A stretch of 59,831 bases of DNA, counting the filler. It is 5 parts of 5 records of this genome, joined end to end, with 100 filler letters (N's around TTAATTAATTAA, not from the genome) between each part and the next. Parts side by side here need not be neighbours in the genome. Positions count along the whole stretch, not along the records: positions 1 to 26,827 come from SRR31156797_1159; positions 26,928 to 33,490 come from SRR31156797_1160; 3 more parts are not named here. The stretch is one strand, 5' to 3'. The position numbers and the translations under genes are program-made. Numbering within the stretch: position 1 is the stretch's first letter; every line of letters begins with the position of its first letter. Below are positions 21,221 through 30,903 of the stretch, piece after piece. The notes beneath the pieces were generated by a model. It was given only the letters and a program-made list of their open reading frames with translations, was not told where the DNA came from and did not search any database.

Positions 21221-22041
21221 TAACTAAAATATTAAAAGATAAAGTAACAGTTTCTGCACTATTTATTGTTTTTATGCTGGTTATTATGGGAGTATTTCCT
21301 GAATTTTTTAGTACAAACGATCCTTATGAACAAGATATTATGAATAAATATGCAGATTATTCTTTAAAATACCCATTTGGTACTGATAATCTTGGAAGAT
21401 GTATATATTCAAGATTAGTATATGGAATACAAACAACACTGTTTTTATCATTTTTAATTATGATTTGTACTTTAGCTATTGGTACAATTGTTGGAGTAAC
21501 AGCTGGTTTTTTTGAAGGTGTTGTTGATGAAATAATCATGAGAATTGTAGATGTAATGTTATCTTTCCCTGCGCAAGTAATGATACTTGCAATTGTTGGT
21601 ATCTTAGGTGTTGGTATGGAAAATGTAATAATCGCAAGTATTGCTATTACTTGGGCTTGGTATGCTAGGATGATTAGAGGTATTACTTTAAAATATCGCC
21701 ATAAAAACTATATGCTTTATTCTAGTGCAATTGGTTCTAGTAACCGTTTTATGATGTATAAACATCTTTTACCTAATATCTTTTCTGAAATAATAGTGCT
21801 TGCTACACTAGATATTGGTTGGGTTATTATTAGTATATCTACTTTATCATTTTTAGGTCTTGGTGTTCAAGCTCCAACTCCTGAATGGGGAGCAATGCTT
21901 AGTGAAGCAAAATCTGTAATGATTTCCCATCCTGAACAAATGCTACCTGCTGGTTTTGCTATTTTGATTTTAGTTTCATGCTTTAATCTTTTAGGAGATA
22001 GTTTAAGGGACATTATGGATCCTAAGGAGTCAATTAGATGA
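21217..22041 (+). CDS. nikC: ABC transporter permease NikC/DppC-like
   Basis: PFGTDNLGRCIYSRL, HLLPN, LSFLGLGVQAPTPEWG, FNLLGDSLRD. Confidence 0.88.
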   Translation: MITKILKDKVTVSALFIVFMLVIMGVFPEFFSTNDPYEQDIMNKYADYSLKYPFGTDNLGRCIYSRLVYGIQTTLFLSFLIMICTLAIGTIVGVTAGFFEGVVDEIIMRIVDVMLSFPAQVMILAIVGILGVGMENVIIASIAITWAWYARMIRGITLKYRHKNYMLYSSAIGSSNRFMMYKHLLPNIFSEIIVLATLDIGWVIISISTLSFLGLGVQAPTPEWGAMLSEAKSVMISHPEQMLPAGFAILILVSCFNLLGDSLRDIMDPKESIR

Positions 22042-22871
22042 TACTTGAAGTTAAAAACTTAAATCTTTTTTTCAAAGATAAAAAGCAAGATATACAAATC
22101 TTAAAAGATATATCTTTTAAAATTGAGAAAAATCAATGCTTGGGAATTTTAGGTGAATCAGGAAGCGGTAAGTCTATGCTTTGGAAGTCTATTATGGGAC
22201 TTTTGGATGATAACTTTAAAATTGAAGGGGAAGTTAATTTTCAAGGAATATCATTACTTGATATGAGTAAAGAAGAAAAAAGATTGATAAGGGGCGATAA
22301 AGTAACTATTATAGTTCAAAATCCAATGACTGCTTTTGATCCTTTATTTACTTTAGGAAATCAAATCTTAGAAACTTTTCAAACTCATACAAATAAAACT
22401 AAAAAAGAAGCAGAAATTTTAGCACTTGATATTTTAAAAAAGATGAATATTTTAGAGCCATTAGAGGTTTTAAAAAAATATCCACATGAGTTAAGTGGTG
22501 GAATGCTTCAAAGAATTATGATAGGTCTTTCAATTGCATTAAATCCTTCTTTAATAATTGCTGATGAACCTACAACTGCAATCGATTCTCTAAATCAAGT
22601 TGAAATTATAAAAGAGTTGAAAGAATTAAGGGAAAAGCTTGAACTTTCAATGATATTTATAACTCATGACTTGCATGTTTTATCTCAAGTTGCAGATAAA
22701 ATAATTGTTATGAGTGAAGGGGTTATTGTAGAAGAGGGTGATAAAAATGACATTATAAATAATCCACAAAATGAACAAAGCAAATATTTAGTACAAACAC
22801 AAAAGCAACTTTTTAAAAGATTTGATAGTTGTGTAAAAGGGGAGTGTGAACATGTTATTAAAAATAAATAA
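22038..22871 (+). CDS. nikD: ABC ATP-binding protein NikD/DppD-like
   Basis: GESGSGKS, YPHELSGGMLQR, IADEPTTA, ITHD. Confidence 0.88.
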   Translation: MILEVKNLNLFFKDKKQDIQILKDISFKIEKNQCLGILGESGSGKSMLWKSIMGLLDDNFKIEGEVNFQGISLLDMSKEEKRLIRGDKVTIIVQNPMTAFDPLFTLGNQILETFQTHTNKTKKEAEILALDILKKMNILEPLEVLKKYPHELSGGMLQRIMIGLSIALNPSLIIADEPTTAIDSLNQVEIIKELKELREKLELSMIFITHDLHVLSQVADKIIVMSEGVIVEEGDKNDIINNPQNEQSKYLVQTQKQLFKRFDSCVKGECEHVIKNK

Positions 22872-23595
22872 TGTGAAAAAAACATATCCTATTCCAGATG
22901 GAATTTTTACAAAGGGAAAACAAGAAGTTCTTAAAGGTGTTTCTTTTTTTGTTAAGCAAGGAGAATGCTTAGGAGTAATAGGTGAATCAGGAAGTGGTAA
23001 AAGTACACTTGGAAGACTGATTCTAGGTTTAGAAAAAGCTGATAGTGGAACAATAGAATTTTTAGGAAACCAAAATCCAAAATCTTTTAGAAAAAATACA
23101 AGTGTTGTTTTTCAAGACTATACATCAAGTGTAAATCCAAGGTTTAGAGTTCTCTCAACTATTTCAGAACCCTTATTACAAATAAAGTTATCAAAAAAAC
23201 AAAGATATAAAAAAGTAGTAGAACTTCTAGAAAAAGTTGGTTTGAGTGAAAAATTTATAAATAGATTTCCCCATGAACTTAGTGGAGGACAACTACAAAG
23301 GATTTGTATAGCAAGAGCAATTGCAACTAACCCAAAGTTTTTATTGCTTGATGAAGCTGTTAGTTCTCTTGATATTTCTGTTCAGGTGCAAGTATTAGAT
23401 TTACTTAAAGAACTAAAAGAAAGTGAGGGGCTTTCTTATGTATTTATTACCCATGATTTATTAACAGTAACATATCTTTGCGATAGAGTTTTATTTTTTA
23501 AAGAGGGTGAAGTTGTAGAACAAGTAGATGATATCCATGATTTAAAAAATGTTAAAAATGAATATTCGAAAGCATTACTAAAGGTGTATAAATGA
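22852..23595 (+). CDS. nikE: ABC ATP-binding protein NikE/DppF-like
   Basis: GESGSGKST, VFQDYTSSVNP, FPHELSGGQLQR, LDEAVSSLD. Confidence 0.88.
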   Translation: MLLKINNVKKTYPIPDGIFTKGKQEVLKGVSFFVKQGECLGVIGESGSGKSTLGRLILGLEKADSGTIEFLGNQNPKSFRKNTSVVFQDYTSSVNPRFRVLSTISEPLLQIKLSKKQRYKKVVELLEKVGLSEKFINRFPHELSGGQLQRICIARAIATNPKFLLLDEAVSSLDISVQVQVLDLLKELKESEGLSYVFITHDLLTVTYLCDRVLFFKEGEVVEQVDDIHDLKNVKNEYSKALLKVYK

Positions 23596-24917
23596 ATACA
23601 AAAATAACATATAAGGAATATTTAGCAATTGCCATTCCTTTTGTAGTTTCAACTGTAACACAACCATTATTAGGTGCAGTTGATACAGCAGTTTTAGGAA
23701 GGCTTGATGATTCTGCTTTTATGGCAGGTGTTGCTATATCTGCTGTAATATTCAACACACTATATTGGTTGTTAGGTTTTCTAAGGGTTAGTACTTCAGG
23801 CTTCGCTGCACAATCTCTTGGAACACAAAAAGATGAAGATAAGTTTTTCGCACTATTAAGACCACTGTTAATTGCAGGTTTAATTAGTTTATTTTTTATT
23901 TTATTTCAAATACCTATAAAAGAGGGTGCTAAAATATTATTTGATGCAGAGAATGAAGTGTGGCAATCTGCTGTAATATATTATGATATATTAATTTGGG
24001 GTGCACCTTTTGTACTTATTGGATATGTAAATCTTGGTTGGCTTATGGGAAGAAAGCTCATAAAAGAGACACTGTATTTACAAGTATCAATGAATGTAAT
24101 AAATATTGTACTTGATATTATTTTAGTGTTATATCTTGATATGGGAGTATATGGTGTTGCTTATGCTACACTTTTTTCTCAAGCCTTTGGTTTTTTTGTA
24201 GGGGGATATCTTATATCTCAACAACTTACATTTAAAACATTTTTTTCTAAATATTCTAATATTTTTGAAAAGGATGCATTTAGTAAAATTATGGGAGTAA
24301 ATACTAACTTTTTAATAAGAACAATTTGTTTACTTATTATGACTAATATGTTTATTGCTAAAGGAACATCTTTTGGAAAAGAGACTTTAGCAGCAAATGC
24401 AGTATTGTTTCAACTTCAATATATTATCGCATATTTGTATGATGGATTTGCAAATGCCTCAAGTGTGTTTGCTGGAAAAGCTTTGGGTGAAAAAAACTTA
24501 AAACTTTTTAAAAATCTTATAACTGTTTCTAATATTTCTACATTTGGCTTGACAGTGTTATGTGTAAGTGTTATTGCACTTTTTTCTACTGAATTGATAT
24601 TGTTATTTACTACTCTTGATGAAGTAATTAAAATTGCGCAATTGCATAGTTTTTGGTTAATACTATTTCCACTTGCTATTGGACATGGACTAACTTTTGC
24701 AGGATTATACAATGGAACAACTTTTACAGCTCCAGTTAGAGATAGTATGATAATATCATTATTTGTATTTATTCTTGCGTATTACTATGCCATACCTATT
24801 TGGGGTAATCATGGATTATGGTTAGCTTTTATTTTGTTTAGTTTCTCAAGAAGTATCACTTTTATTCTTTATTTAAAAAAGATTGAAAAAAGTTTATTTA
24901 AAGCAGATAAAAACTAG
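23592..24917 (+). CDS. MATE family efflux transporter (DinF-like)
   Basis: PLLGAVDTAVLGRL, GFLRVSTSG, NIVLD, about 12 hydrophobic segments; overlaps nikE stop. Confidence 0.9.
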   Translation: MNTKITYKEYLAIAIPFVVSTVTQPLLGAVDTAVLGRLDDSAFMAGVAISAVIFNTLYWLLGFLRVSTSGFAAQSLGTQKDEDKFFALLRPLLIAGLISLFFILFQIPIKEGAKILFDAENEVWQSAVIYYDILIWGAPFVLIGYVNLGWLMGRKLIKETLYLQVSMNVINIVLDIILVLYLDMGVYGVAYATLFSQAFGFFVGGYLISQQLTFKTFFSKYSNIFEKDAFSKIMGVNTNFLIRTICLLIMTNMFIAKGTSFGKETLAANAVLFQLQYIIAYLYDGFANASSVFAGKALGEKNLKLFKNLITVSNISTFGLTVLCVSVIALFSTELILLFTTLDEVIKIAQLHSFWLILFPLAIGHGLTFAGLYNGTTFTAPVRDSMIISLFVFILAYYYAIPIWGNHGLWLAFILFSFSRSITFILYLKKIEKSLFKADKN

Positions 24918-24960
24918 AAGTTGCCTCTTTGTTATTTATAAAATAAAGGGGCATTTCTAG
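24914..24960 (+). terminator. Long hairpin ending the nik-MATE operon
   Basis: CTAGAA..TGCCTCTTTGTT / AATAAAGGGGCA..TTCTAG imperfect inverted repeat. Confidence 0.55.
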
Positions 24961-25125
24961 TTGAAGTTTGTTTATTTTTGTGTTTTGTTTTTCATGTAAG
25001 ATACATTAGTTATTGAGAATTTTTTATATTTTTAAAATTACAATCTTAAATCTAACATATTAAAATAATAATTAAGTATATTATTGATAATATACTTCTA
25101 AAAAATAATATAAAAGTAGATTTAA

Positions 25126-25338
25126 GTGTTTGAAGATTTTAAAATAAAAAAAGCAAGTGATATAAACTTTAATGATTTAGAAAGTATTGTATCTGAGTTT
25201 TTTGGTAAAAGCGATTTAGAATATTTTTTAAATATTCATTCATCTGAAAAAGTATCAATGCAATTAAATGAAAATAGTCATTACATTAAAGAATATTGGC
25301 TAAAAGAATATGAACATGGAAATATTATTTGTTCTTAA
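25126..25338 (+). CDS. Small hypothetical protein (possibly a split N-terminus of the next ORF)
   Basis: 70-aa GTG ORF overlapping the next ORF by 29 nt. Confidence 0.4.
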   Translation: MFEDFKIKKASDINFNDLESIVSEFFGKSDLEYFLNIHSSEKVSMQLNENSHYIKEYWLKEYEHGNIICS

Positions 25339-26104
25339 ATATAATACTAGACATCCAACCTTAACTTATACAAATGATGGTTACAAGATTATTCGTTCAA
25401 GTAGCCATTTTTTTAATAGAAGTTTAGAATGGCTTATTCAATCACTTAGACCTACTACAGCTCCTGTGCCAAGAGTTCAGATTAAAAAAGTAGTTGAAGA
25501 AATTTTTGAACCAATTGTAGAAAAAGAAACTAAGAAAGAAACAGTAAAAGAAGATGACAAATTTGTTGGTTTAATTGTTAGAGATGATTTACAAAAAATT
25601 CACCTTCTCACAGATAAAGATATAAAAAAATATAAAATACAAAAAAGAAACCCTGTAACTAGAGCTTTACAAAATCAACATCCAATGATTCAAGGATCAG
25701 GTTCAATTTTTGCTGGATTATATGGATTTGGAGATTGGGCAGCTAGAATTTCAGGTTTTAGAGATTGGCAATTAGATAATATTGATGACATAGAACAAGA
25801 CATGGCTACAGATGAAACAAAATATATTTTAAAACTTATAAAGTATATCGTTTCTAATGAGAATGGTTCTTTTGAAATATTTGCTAAATCTGTTAAAAAA
25901 TATATCGAAAAAAATCCTAAATATGTAATAAGTAGATTTTTAACAAGTACTGCATTAGGTTTTGCTGTACAGCCTAAAAAAACTACTACTAAGGTACCCG
26001 TTGGACTTGTTGGAATAACAACTCCAGCATTATGGGGAGATATTACATTTTCTGCTAAAGAGATAGATGAATTTGCAAAAAGTATTATTTTGGGAGAACA
26101 ATAA
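25310..26104 (+). CDS. Hypothetical protein, toxin-like architecture
   Basis: 264 aa; charged linker and Gly/Ala-rich hydrophobic C-terminal segments. Confidence 0.5.
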   Translation: MNMEILFVLKYNTRHPTLTYTNDGYKIIRSSSHFFNRSLEWLIQSLRPTTAPVPRVQIKKVVEEIFEPIVEKETKKETVKEDDKFVGLIVRDDLQKIHLLTDKDIKKYKIQKRNPVTRALQNQHPMIQGSGSIFAGLYGFGDWAARISGFRDWQLDNIDDIEQDMATDETKYILKLIKYIVSNENGSFEIFAKSVKKYIEKNPKYVISRFLTSTALGFAVQPKKTTTKVPVGLVGITTPALWGDITFSAKEIDEFAKSIILGEQ

Positions 26105-26105
26105 A

Positions 26106-26405
26106 ATGAAGAAAACATTAAAAAATACTTTTGATTTAATTTTTCAAAGAGAAATTATTATTGATAATACAACATATAGGTTGCCTTATTATATATCTTT
26201 TTTTAAAGCTCTTTTAAATACTATTTATGTAATGGGGGGATTTTTAATGGTTGCTGGTTCAATCAGTATGTTTTTTCAATCTTTAAATATTAAACCAAAC
26301 TTATGGATAGTTGTTCCCTTAACAATTCTCATACCATTGTTGATTAATTTTTTAATTGTTTATTTCTCACCATTAGTTGAAGTACAAGAAAAAAGCAATG
26401 AATAA
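26106..26405 (+). CDS. Small two-TM membrane protein (immunity-like)
   Basis: ATG 1 nt after upstream stop, GGGAG RBS, two hydrophobic helices. Confidence 0.55.
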   Translation: MKKTLKNTFDLIFQREIIIDNTTYRLPYYISFFKALLNTIYVMGGFLMVAGSISMFFQSLNIKPNLWIVVPLTILIPLLINFLIVYFSPLVEVQEKSNE

Positions 26406-26614
26406 AAAGATAATGTATACATTATCTTTAATTGAAATAATATCTATTCTTCATCGAGTATTAGTTTTAAAGGAAATAAAAATTTAAAAGTATCATCTGG
26501 ATTATCTGACATGAAATCTGGAATGATACTTTTACCTTTAGACATATTAAATTAAACTTCCATTATCAAAGTTTATTTTACATATTATCACTCTTTATTT
26601 CCTATTATCATTTT

Positions 26615-26827
26615 TTATTTTTTCTGACATTTCACATTTAAATACATATGAATAATATCAAGTGCAGCTGGAGTAACTCCTGATATTTCACCTGCATTAA
26701 ATAGTGTAGGTGGTCTAAACTTTTCTAGTTTTTCAATAACTTCATTTGATAATCCAGGGATTTTAGAGTAATCAAAATCTTCTGGTATTTTCATTTGAAG
26801 CATTTTTTTCATTTTTTCTATTTGTTT
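26615..26827 (-). CDS. mnmG: tRNA modification enzyme MnmG/GidA, 3' end
   Basis: [21 protein letters not shown]...[18 protein letters not shown]-terminal signature; cut by contig end. Confidence 0.92.
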   Translation of the reverse strand, partial: KQIEKMKKMLQMKIPEDFDYSKIPGLSNEVIEKLEKFRPPTLFNAGEISGVTPAALDIIHMYLNVKCQKK

Positions 26828-26927
26828 NNNNNNNNNNNNNNNNNNNNNNNNNNNNNNNNNNNNNNNNNNNNTTAATTAATTAANNNNNNNNNNNNNNNNN
26901 NNNNNNNNNNNNNNNNNNNNNNNNNNN
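26828..26927. other. Artificial contig linker
   Basis: N run - TTAATTAATTAA (stops in all six frames) - N run. Confidence 0.98.
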
Positions 26928-26928
26928 G

Positions 26929-27957
26929 TTTGATTATTTAGTTTATGAACGTCAGCTCAACAATTTAATTTGGGTACTGTGTTTTTACCCCGATATTCAG
27001 GCTGAATGGTTCCCTGGCAAAAACTATGTTGATATTAGCGGAATAAGTTCTTATGAAAAAAAAGGCAATTCGTTCCCAGAACTTTTCAAGGTTAACCAGG
27101 AATATAGCGGTAGTCTATTCACTCCACTATCATTTCAAAAGTGTTCAAACATACCACATCCAGATGATTGCCGGAAAGATGAAGCCATGTGGAACTGGTG
27201 GATTCAACATCAGGATCCGCACATGAGTAATCAAGGTAAGGATTTTTTAACCGAGGTGTATTTACATGATTTGGTTATTACACAAGACGAATTACCCAAA
27301 ATATCTATGGATTTCGGAAAAGAAGCTGTATTGCGACAATATAAAACCGGGTCTACTATTCCATTCACAGATTTAAAAGCATATTCACTTGGAACCAAGG
27401 CACAAACTCTTTTATTAAGTCCTAACCGAATAGTTATCGAATCAAATGGAAAAGGAATAGATGGGAAAAAAGACGAATGTTATCTTCTTTTTCAACTAAT
27501 GGAAGGAGATTTTGATGTAAGTGTTCAGGTTCCTGCCCTAAAAGCCACTCATTTATACACCATGGCCGGTATTATGGCACGAACCGACTTAAGTAAAGGT
27601 TCGCAACATGTATTCTTCCATATTTACCCCAACAACACTCCTAAAGGTGAAAATACCGGAGGATTCGAGTTTAAATATCGTTTAAAAAAATCACGCGAAA
27701 CCTTCTCTGTTTTTCCTGATCCGGGAATACCGGGAGGGCATTACAATATCCATTTTCCAAATGTTTGGATTAGGCTAAAAAGAAGGGGCAACCAATTTAA
27801 ATCATACATTAGTACGAATAACACCCATTGGAGATTATATGCAGTTCACCAACAGCAGTTACCTAAAAAGTTACTTGTTGGTTTGGCAGTATCATCGCAT
27901 AACGAAACAGCAAAAACTACCGCAGAATTTAAGCACATGGAAGTAACCTGGGAATAA
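26929..27957 (+). CDS. GH26 mannanase-like protein (5' truncated) with C-terminal beta-sandwich (DUF1349-like) domain
   Basis: Frame open from contig start: QLNNLIWV, WFPGKNYVDISG, KCSNIPHPD, WNWW; C-terminal GDFDVSV..AGIMAR..WIRLKRRGNQF..VGLAVSSH. Confidence 0.7.
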   Translation, partial: FDYLVYERQLNNLIWVLCFYPDIQAEWFPGKNYVDISGISSYEKKGNSFPELFKVNQEYSGSLFTPLSFQKCSNIPHPDDCRKDEAMWNWWIQHQDPHMSNQGKDFLTEVYLHDLVITQDELPKISMDFGKEAVLRQYKTGSTIPFTDLKAYSLGTKAQTLLLSPNRIVIESNGKGIDGKKDECYLLFQLMEGDFDVSVQVPALKATHLYTMAGIMARTDLSKGSQHVFFHIYPNNTPKGENTGGFEFKYRLKKSRETFSVFPDPGIPGGHYNIHFPNVWIRLKRRGNQFKSYISTNNTHWRLYAVHQQQLPKKLLVGLAVSSHNETAKTTAEFKHMEVTWE

Positions 27958-27969
27958 TCCGAAAACTTT

Positions 27970-28132
27970 AGAAATTGTTTTGATTTTGTTTTTTAGAATT
28001 ATTACGATGTCGTTTTTTGTATAGATAAGGTGGTTTTGACGCAAATAGCCTTAGCTATATACGGAAAATTCAACGCAGTATAAACGAAAAAAACGCACAA
28101 TAAAATGAATGGATAAATTCAAAACAGTCTCT
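27970..28132. repeat. 163-bp imperfect palindromic element (MITE-like)
   Basis: Terminal inverted repeats match 16/21; nested CGTTTTTT/AAAAAACG arms; central ATAGC-CTTA-GCTAT hairpin at the midpoint. Confidence 0.65.
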
Positions 28133-28139
28133 TAATTCT

Positions 28140-28631
28140 TTACCCAATTTGTTTACTTCTTCTTTCCAACAACGCCACATCGCGCCACGTTCCATTCATC
28201 TGTCCGATCTTCTCTCGTAAACCTACTTCTCTGAAGCCGTGCTTTTTGTGCAGTTGAATACTAGCCTCATTTTCAGGAAATATTCCAGCCTGAAGTGTCC
28301 AAATGCCTTGCTCTTCTGAATCAATAATGAGTTTTTCCAAAAGCAGTTTACCAACTCCTTTTCCCCTGGCATCAAGGGCAACGTAAACACTAACCTCGGC
28401 AACACCAGCATAAACACAGCGTCCCGATACCGGCGATAAAGCCGCCCATCCAAGCACAACATCATTCTCCACTGCAACAAACCTACAATCAGTGCGATGG
28501 CCTGCATCCCACTCTTCCCAGTCAGGGCTGGTTTGCTGAAAAGTTGCATTTCCGGTAGCGATTCCTTCAGCATAAATTCGGCTAACTTCATCCCAATTCA
28601 ATTGGGACATTTTTTCGATTATGATGGTCAT
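28140..28631 (-). CDS. GNAT N-acetyltransferase, phosphinothricin acetyltransferase (Pat/YwnH/ArsN-like) family
   Basis: IYAEGIATGNATF, RCVYAGVAEVSVYV, RGKGVG, IFPENEASIQLH, WRDV. Confidence 0.9.
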   Translation of the reverse strand: MTIIIEKMSQLNWDEVSRIYAEGIATGNATFQQTSPDWEEWDAGHRTDCRFVAVENDVVLGWAALSPVSGRCVYAGVAEVSVYVALDARGKGVGKLLLEKLIIDSEEQGIWTLQAGIFPENEASIQLHKKHGFREVGLREKIGQMNGTWRDVALLERRSKQIG

Positions 28632-28720
28632 GTTTAATGTTTATGCTAAAACTAAACAATAAAATATGCCCTTTTTCCAAAAAGAACAGCATTGCCTGCC
28701 CAAGGTGTTTAAATTAAGAT

Positions 28721-29437
28721 TTAACTAACTTGCATTGGCAAATCCATTAATAATACTTTTGAGTTTTGTACTGCTGTAAGCTCAAATCTGTTCATTTCCC
28801 ACATCCCGTAAGCATCGCGCTTACCAAGCTGCTGACCGTTAATTTCCACTTTTCCATCAAGCACCATTAGATAAACACCGTTACCGCTTTTTTTAAGTTC
28901 GTAGCTCCCTACTTTGCCTTTCTCAAAATTTCCTAAACTAAACCATGCATCCTGGTGGATCCACACCCCCTGATCATTTTCATAGGGCGAAAGAATTTGG
29001 TAAAAGCTGTTTTCTTGTTCTACATCTCGTATAGAAATCTGATCGTAGCTGGGTTTTACATTTCTTTTGTTGGGAAAAACCCAGATCTGAAACAAGCGTA
29101 GATCTTTGTTGGGATTATAATTAAACTCGCTGTGGTAAATACCGGTACCTGCACTCATCACCTGCACATCGCCCTGCCTGATTACAGATTGGGTTCCCAT
29201 ATTATCCTTATGTTCCAGGTCGCCTTCCAAGGGGATGGTAATAATTTCCATATTGTCGTGTGGATGAGTATTAAAGCCTTGCCCACCCGCTATAGTGTCG
29301 TCGTTTAGAACGCGCAACACACCAAAGTGCATTTTATTCCGATCGAAATAATTGGCAAAACTAAATGAATAACGTGCCTTTAGCCAACCGTAATTTGCAT
29401 GTCCCCGGTTGTCTGCTAAGTGTAAAATTGTTTTCAT
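28721..29437 (-). CDS. Pirin family protein (YhhW-like)
   Basis: RGHANYGWL, FGVLRVLNDD, HPHDNMEI, MSAGTGIYHSE. Confidence 0.93.
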   Translation of the reverse strand: MKTILHLADNRGHANYGWLKARYSFSFANYFDRNKMHFGVLRVLNDDTIAGGQGFNTHPHDNMEIITIPLEGDLEHKDNMGTQSVIRQGDVQVMSAGTGIYHSEFNYNPNKDLRLFQIWVFPNKRNVKPSYDQISIRDVEQENSFYQILSPYENDQGVWIHQDAWFSLGNFEKGKVGSYELKKSGNGVYLMVLDGKVEINGQQLGKRDAYGMWEMNRFELTAVQNSKVLLMDLPMQVS

Positions 29438-29588
29438 GATATTTTCATTTTTTTCTAAAGAGAAGACCGGTTTGGTATTTCTTTATCAAAAACCCACAAC
29501 CGGTCTCGCCTCTCTTCTCCATCCATTCTCAGAAAAAAAAGTTTAATATTTTTCTGAACAATTACATTGGCTATTTCCTGGCATATTA

Positions 29589-30173
29589 TTATTCTGCCTT
29601 AGCAACCAGGTCGAATTTAATTTCGAACTCGTCGTGAATCATTTTGTCTCCAAGGTCGCTAAAGAATTTCCCTGAACCGTATTTAATATCCCACTTAGTA
29701 CGGTCGATCGCAGCTGTACCCGATGCTTTAACAACGCTGCCATCCACACTTACTTCTGCTGGAAAAGATATGCTATGTGTAATTCCTTTTATCGTTAAAT
29801 CGCCAACCACTTTACCTTCTTTAATCGATTTGATTTCAAAAACAGCGTTGGGATGTTTTTCAACGGAAAAGAAATCGTCTGATTTAAGGTGACCAATCAA
29901 TTTATCTTTCCACTCTCCCGACAGATCAGTACATTCAATACTATTTAAATCCAGTTTTACCACGGCACCAATCACTTTGGCACCTTCTACAAATACTTTA
30001 CCTTCACCAATCGATAAATATCCCGTGTGTTCACCAGTCACTTTTTTACCAGTCCAGTAAACTTTGCTTTCTTTCGTATCAACTTCGAATGAAGATTTTG
30101 GGCTGTCGCTGTTGCCTGCAAAAGCAGAGATTGCAATTACAATAGCTGTTAAAATTCCTGTTAATTTTTTCAT
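29589..30173 (-). CDS. YceI family protein
   Basis: Signal peptide, WTGKKVTGEHTG, HLKSDDFF, GDLTIKGIT, IDRTKWDIKYGS. Confidence 0.92.
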   Translation of the reverse strand: MKKLTGILTAIVIAISAFAGNSDSPKSSFEVDTKESKVYWTGKKVTGEHTGYLSIGEGKVFVEGAKVIGAVVKLDLNSIECTDLSGEWKDKLIGHLKSDDFFSVEKHPNAVFEIKSIKEGKVVGDLTIKGITHSISFPAEVSVDGSVVKASGTAAIDRTKWDIKYGSGKFFSDLGDKMIHDEFEIKFDLVAKAE

Positions 30174-30279
30174 TTTTCTGAGATTTTAAAATAATCAATA
30201 TGATTATGAGTTAATTACCGTACAAACATACGGGATCAACAACTCAGAAAAAATAAACTAGTTTAAGAAAAATACTTTT

Positions 30280-30852
30280 TTATCTCTTTTTTGCTTTTTT
30301 TGCCAAAATTTTACTTAGAAATACCGGCGTAACACCAAGGTAAGACGAGATATGATATTGCGGAAGTCGTTGTAGCAGTTCCGGATTCTGTTGCACTAGA
30401 TCATCGTAATTTTCTTCAGCAGTTTTGGAAAGAATGGAAACAAATCGCTTCTGCAAAAAAACATACGATTTGCGGATATTCTTTGATAGTTCCACATAAT
30501 GCACAGAGATTTTTGAAAATCCCTCCTCATCAATAGAAAATACTGTTGTATTCTCTAAAGCATCAATAAAATAGGAGGTTGGAACAGGCGTTCCCAGATC
30601 ACCCAACCACTGGCACTCTTTGGCAAATAAAACATTAAATTCTTTACCATTCTGATCGATGATATACATTCTAAGCAAACCTTTTTCAATGTAATAATGC
30701 CGTGTATTGGCTTCACCGGCACGCATCAGAACTTCTTTTTTCTTAAAAGTTTCTTTTCTGAAAGCAATACTTAATTCGTCTTTTTCAACCTCAGATAAAG
30801 TGCGCTTGTTTATTTTTTCAAAATAGGAATATAATATTGAATAATCTTCCAT
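30280..30852 (-). CDS. Crp/Fnr family transcriptional regulator
   Basis: cNMP-like domain YYIEKGLLRMY; C-terminal LPQYHISSYLGVTPVFLSKI; likely start MEDYS. Confidence 0.88.
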   Translation of the reverse strand: MEDYSILYSYFEKINKRTLSEVEKDELSIAFRKETFKKKEVLMRAGEANTRHYYIEKGLLRMYIIDQNGKEFNVLFAKECQWLGDLGTPVPTSYFIDALENTTVFSIDEEGFSKISVHYVELSKNIRKSYVFLQKRFVSILSKTAEENYDDLVQQNPELLQRLPQYHISSYLGVTPVFLSKILAKKAKKR

Positions 30853-30903
30853 GCCCAAAATGGTTTTATTATAAAAATAGCAATATTTTGAGTTTTGAAA
30901 CAA

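Noticed and set aside
25690-26118. 142-aa antisense ORF, and the many other 60-120 aa ORFs nested in or opposite longer genes
   Set aside because: They overlap better-supported genes, lack recognisable motifs and are typical shadow ORFs.
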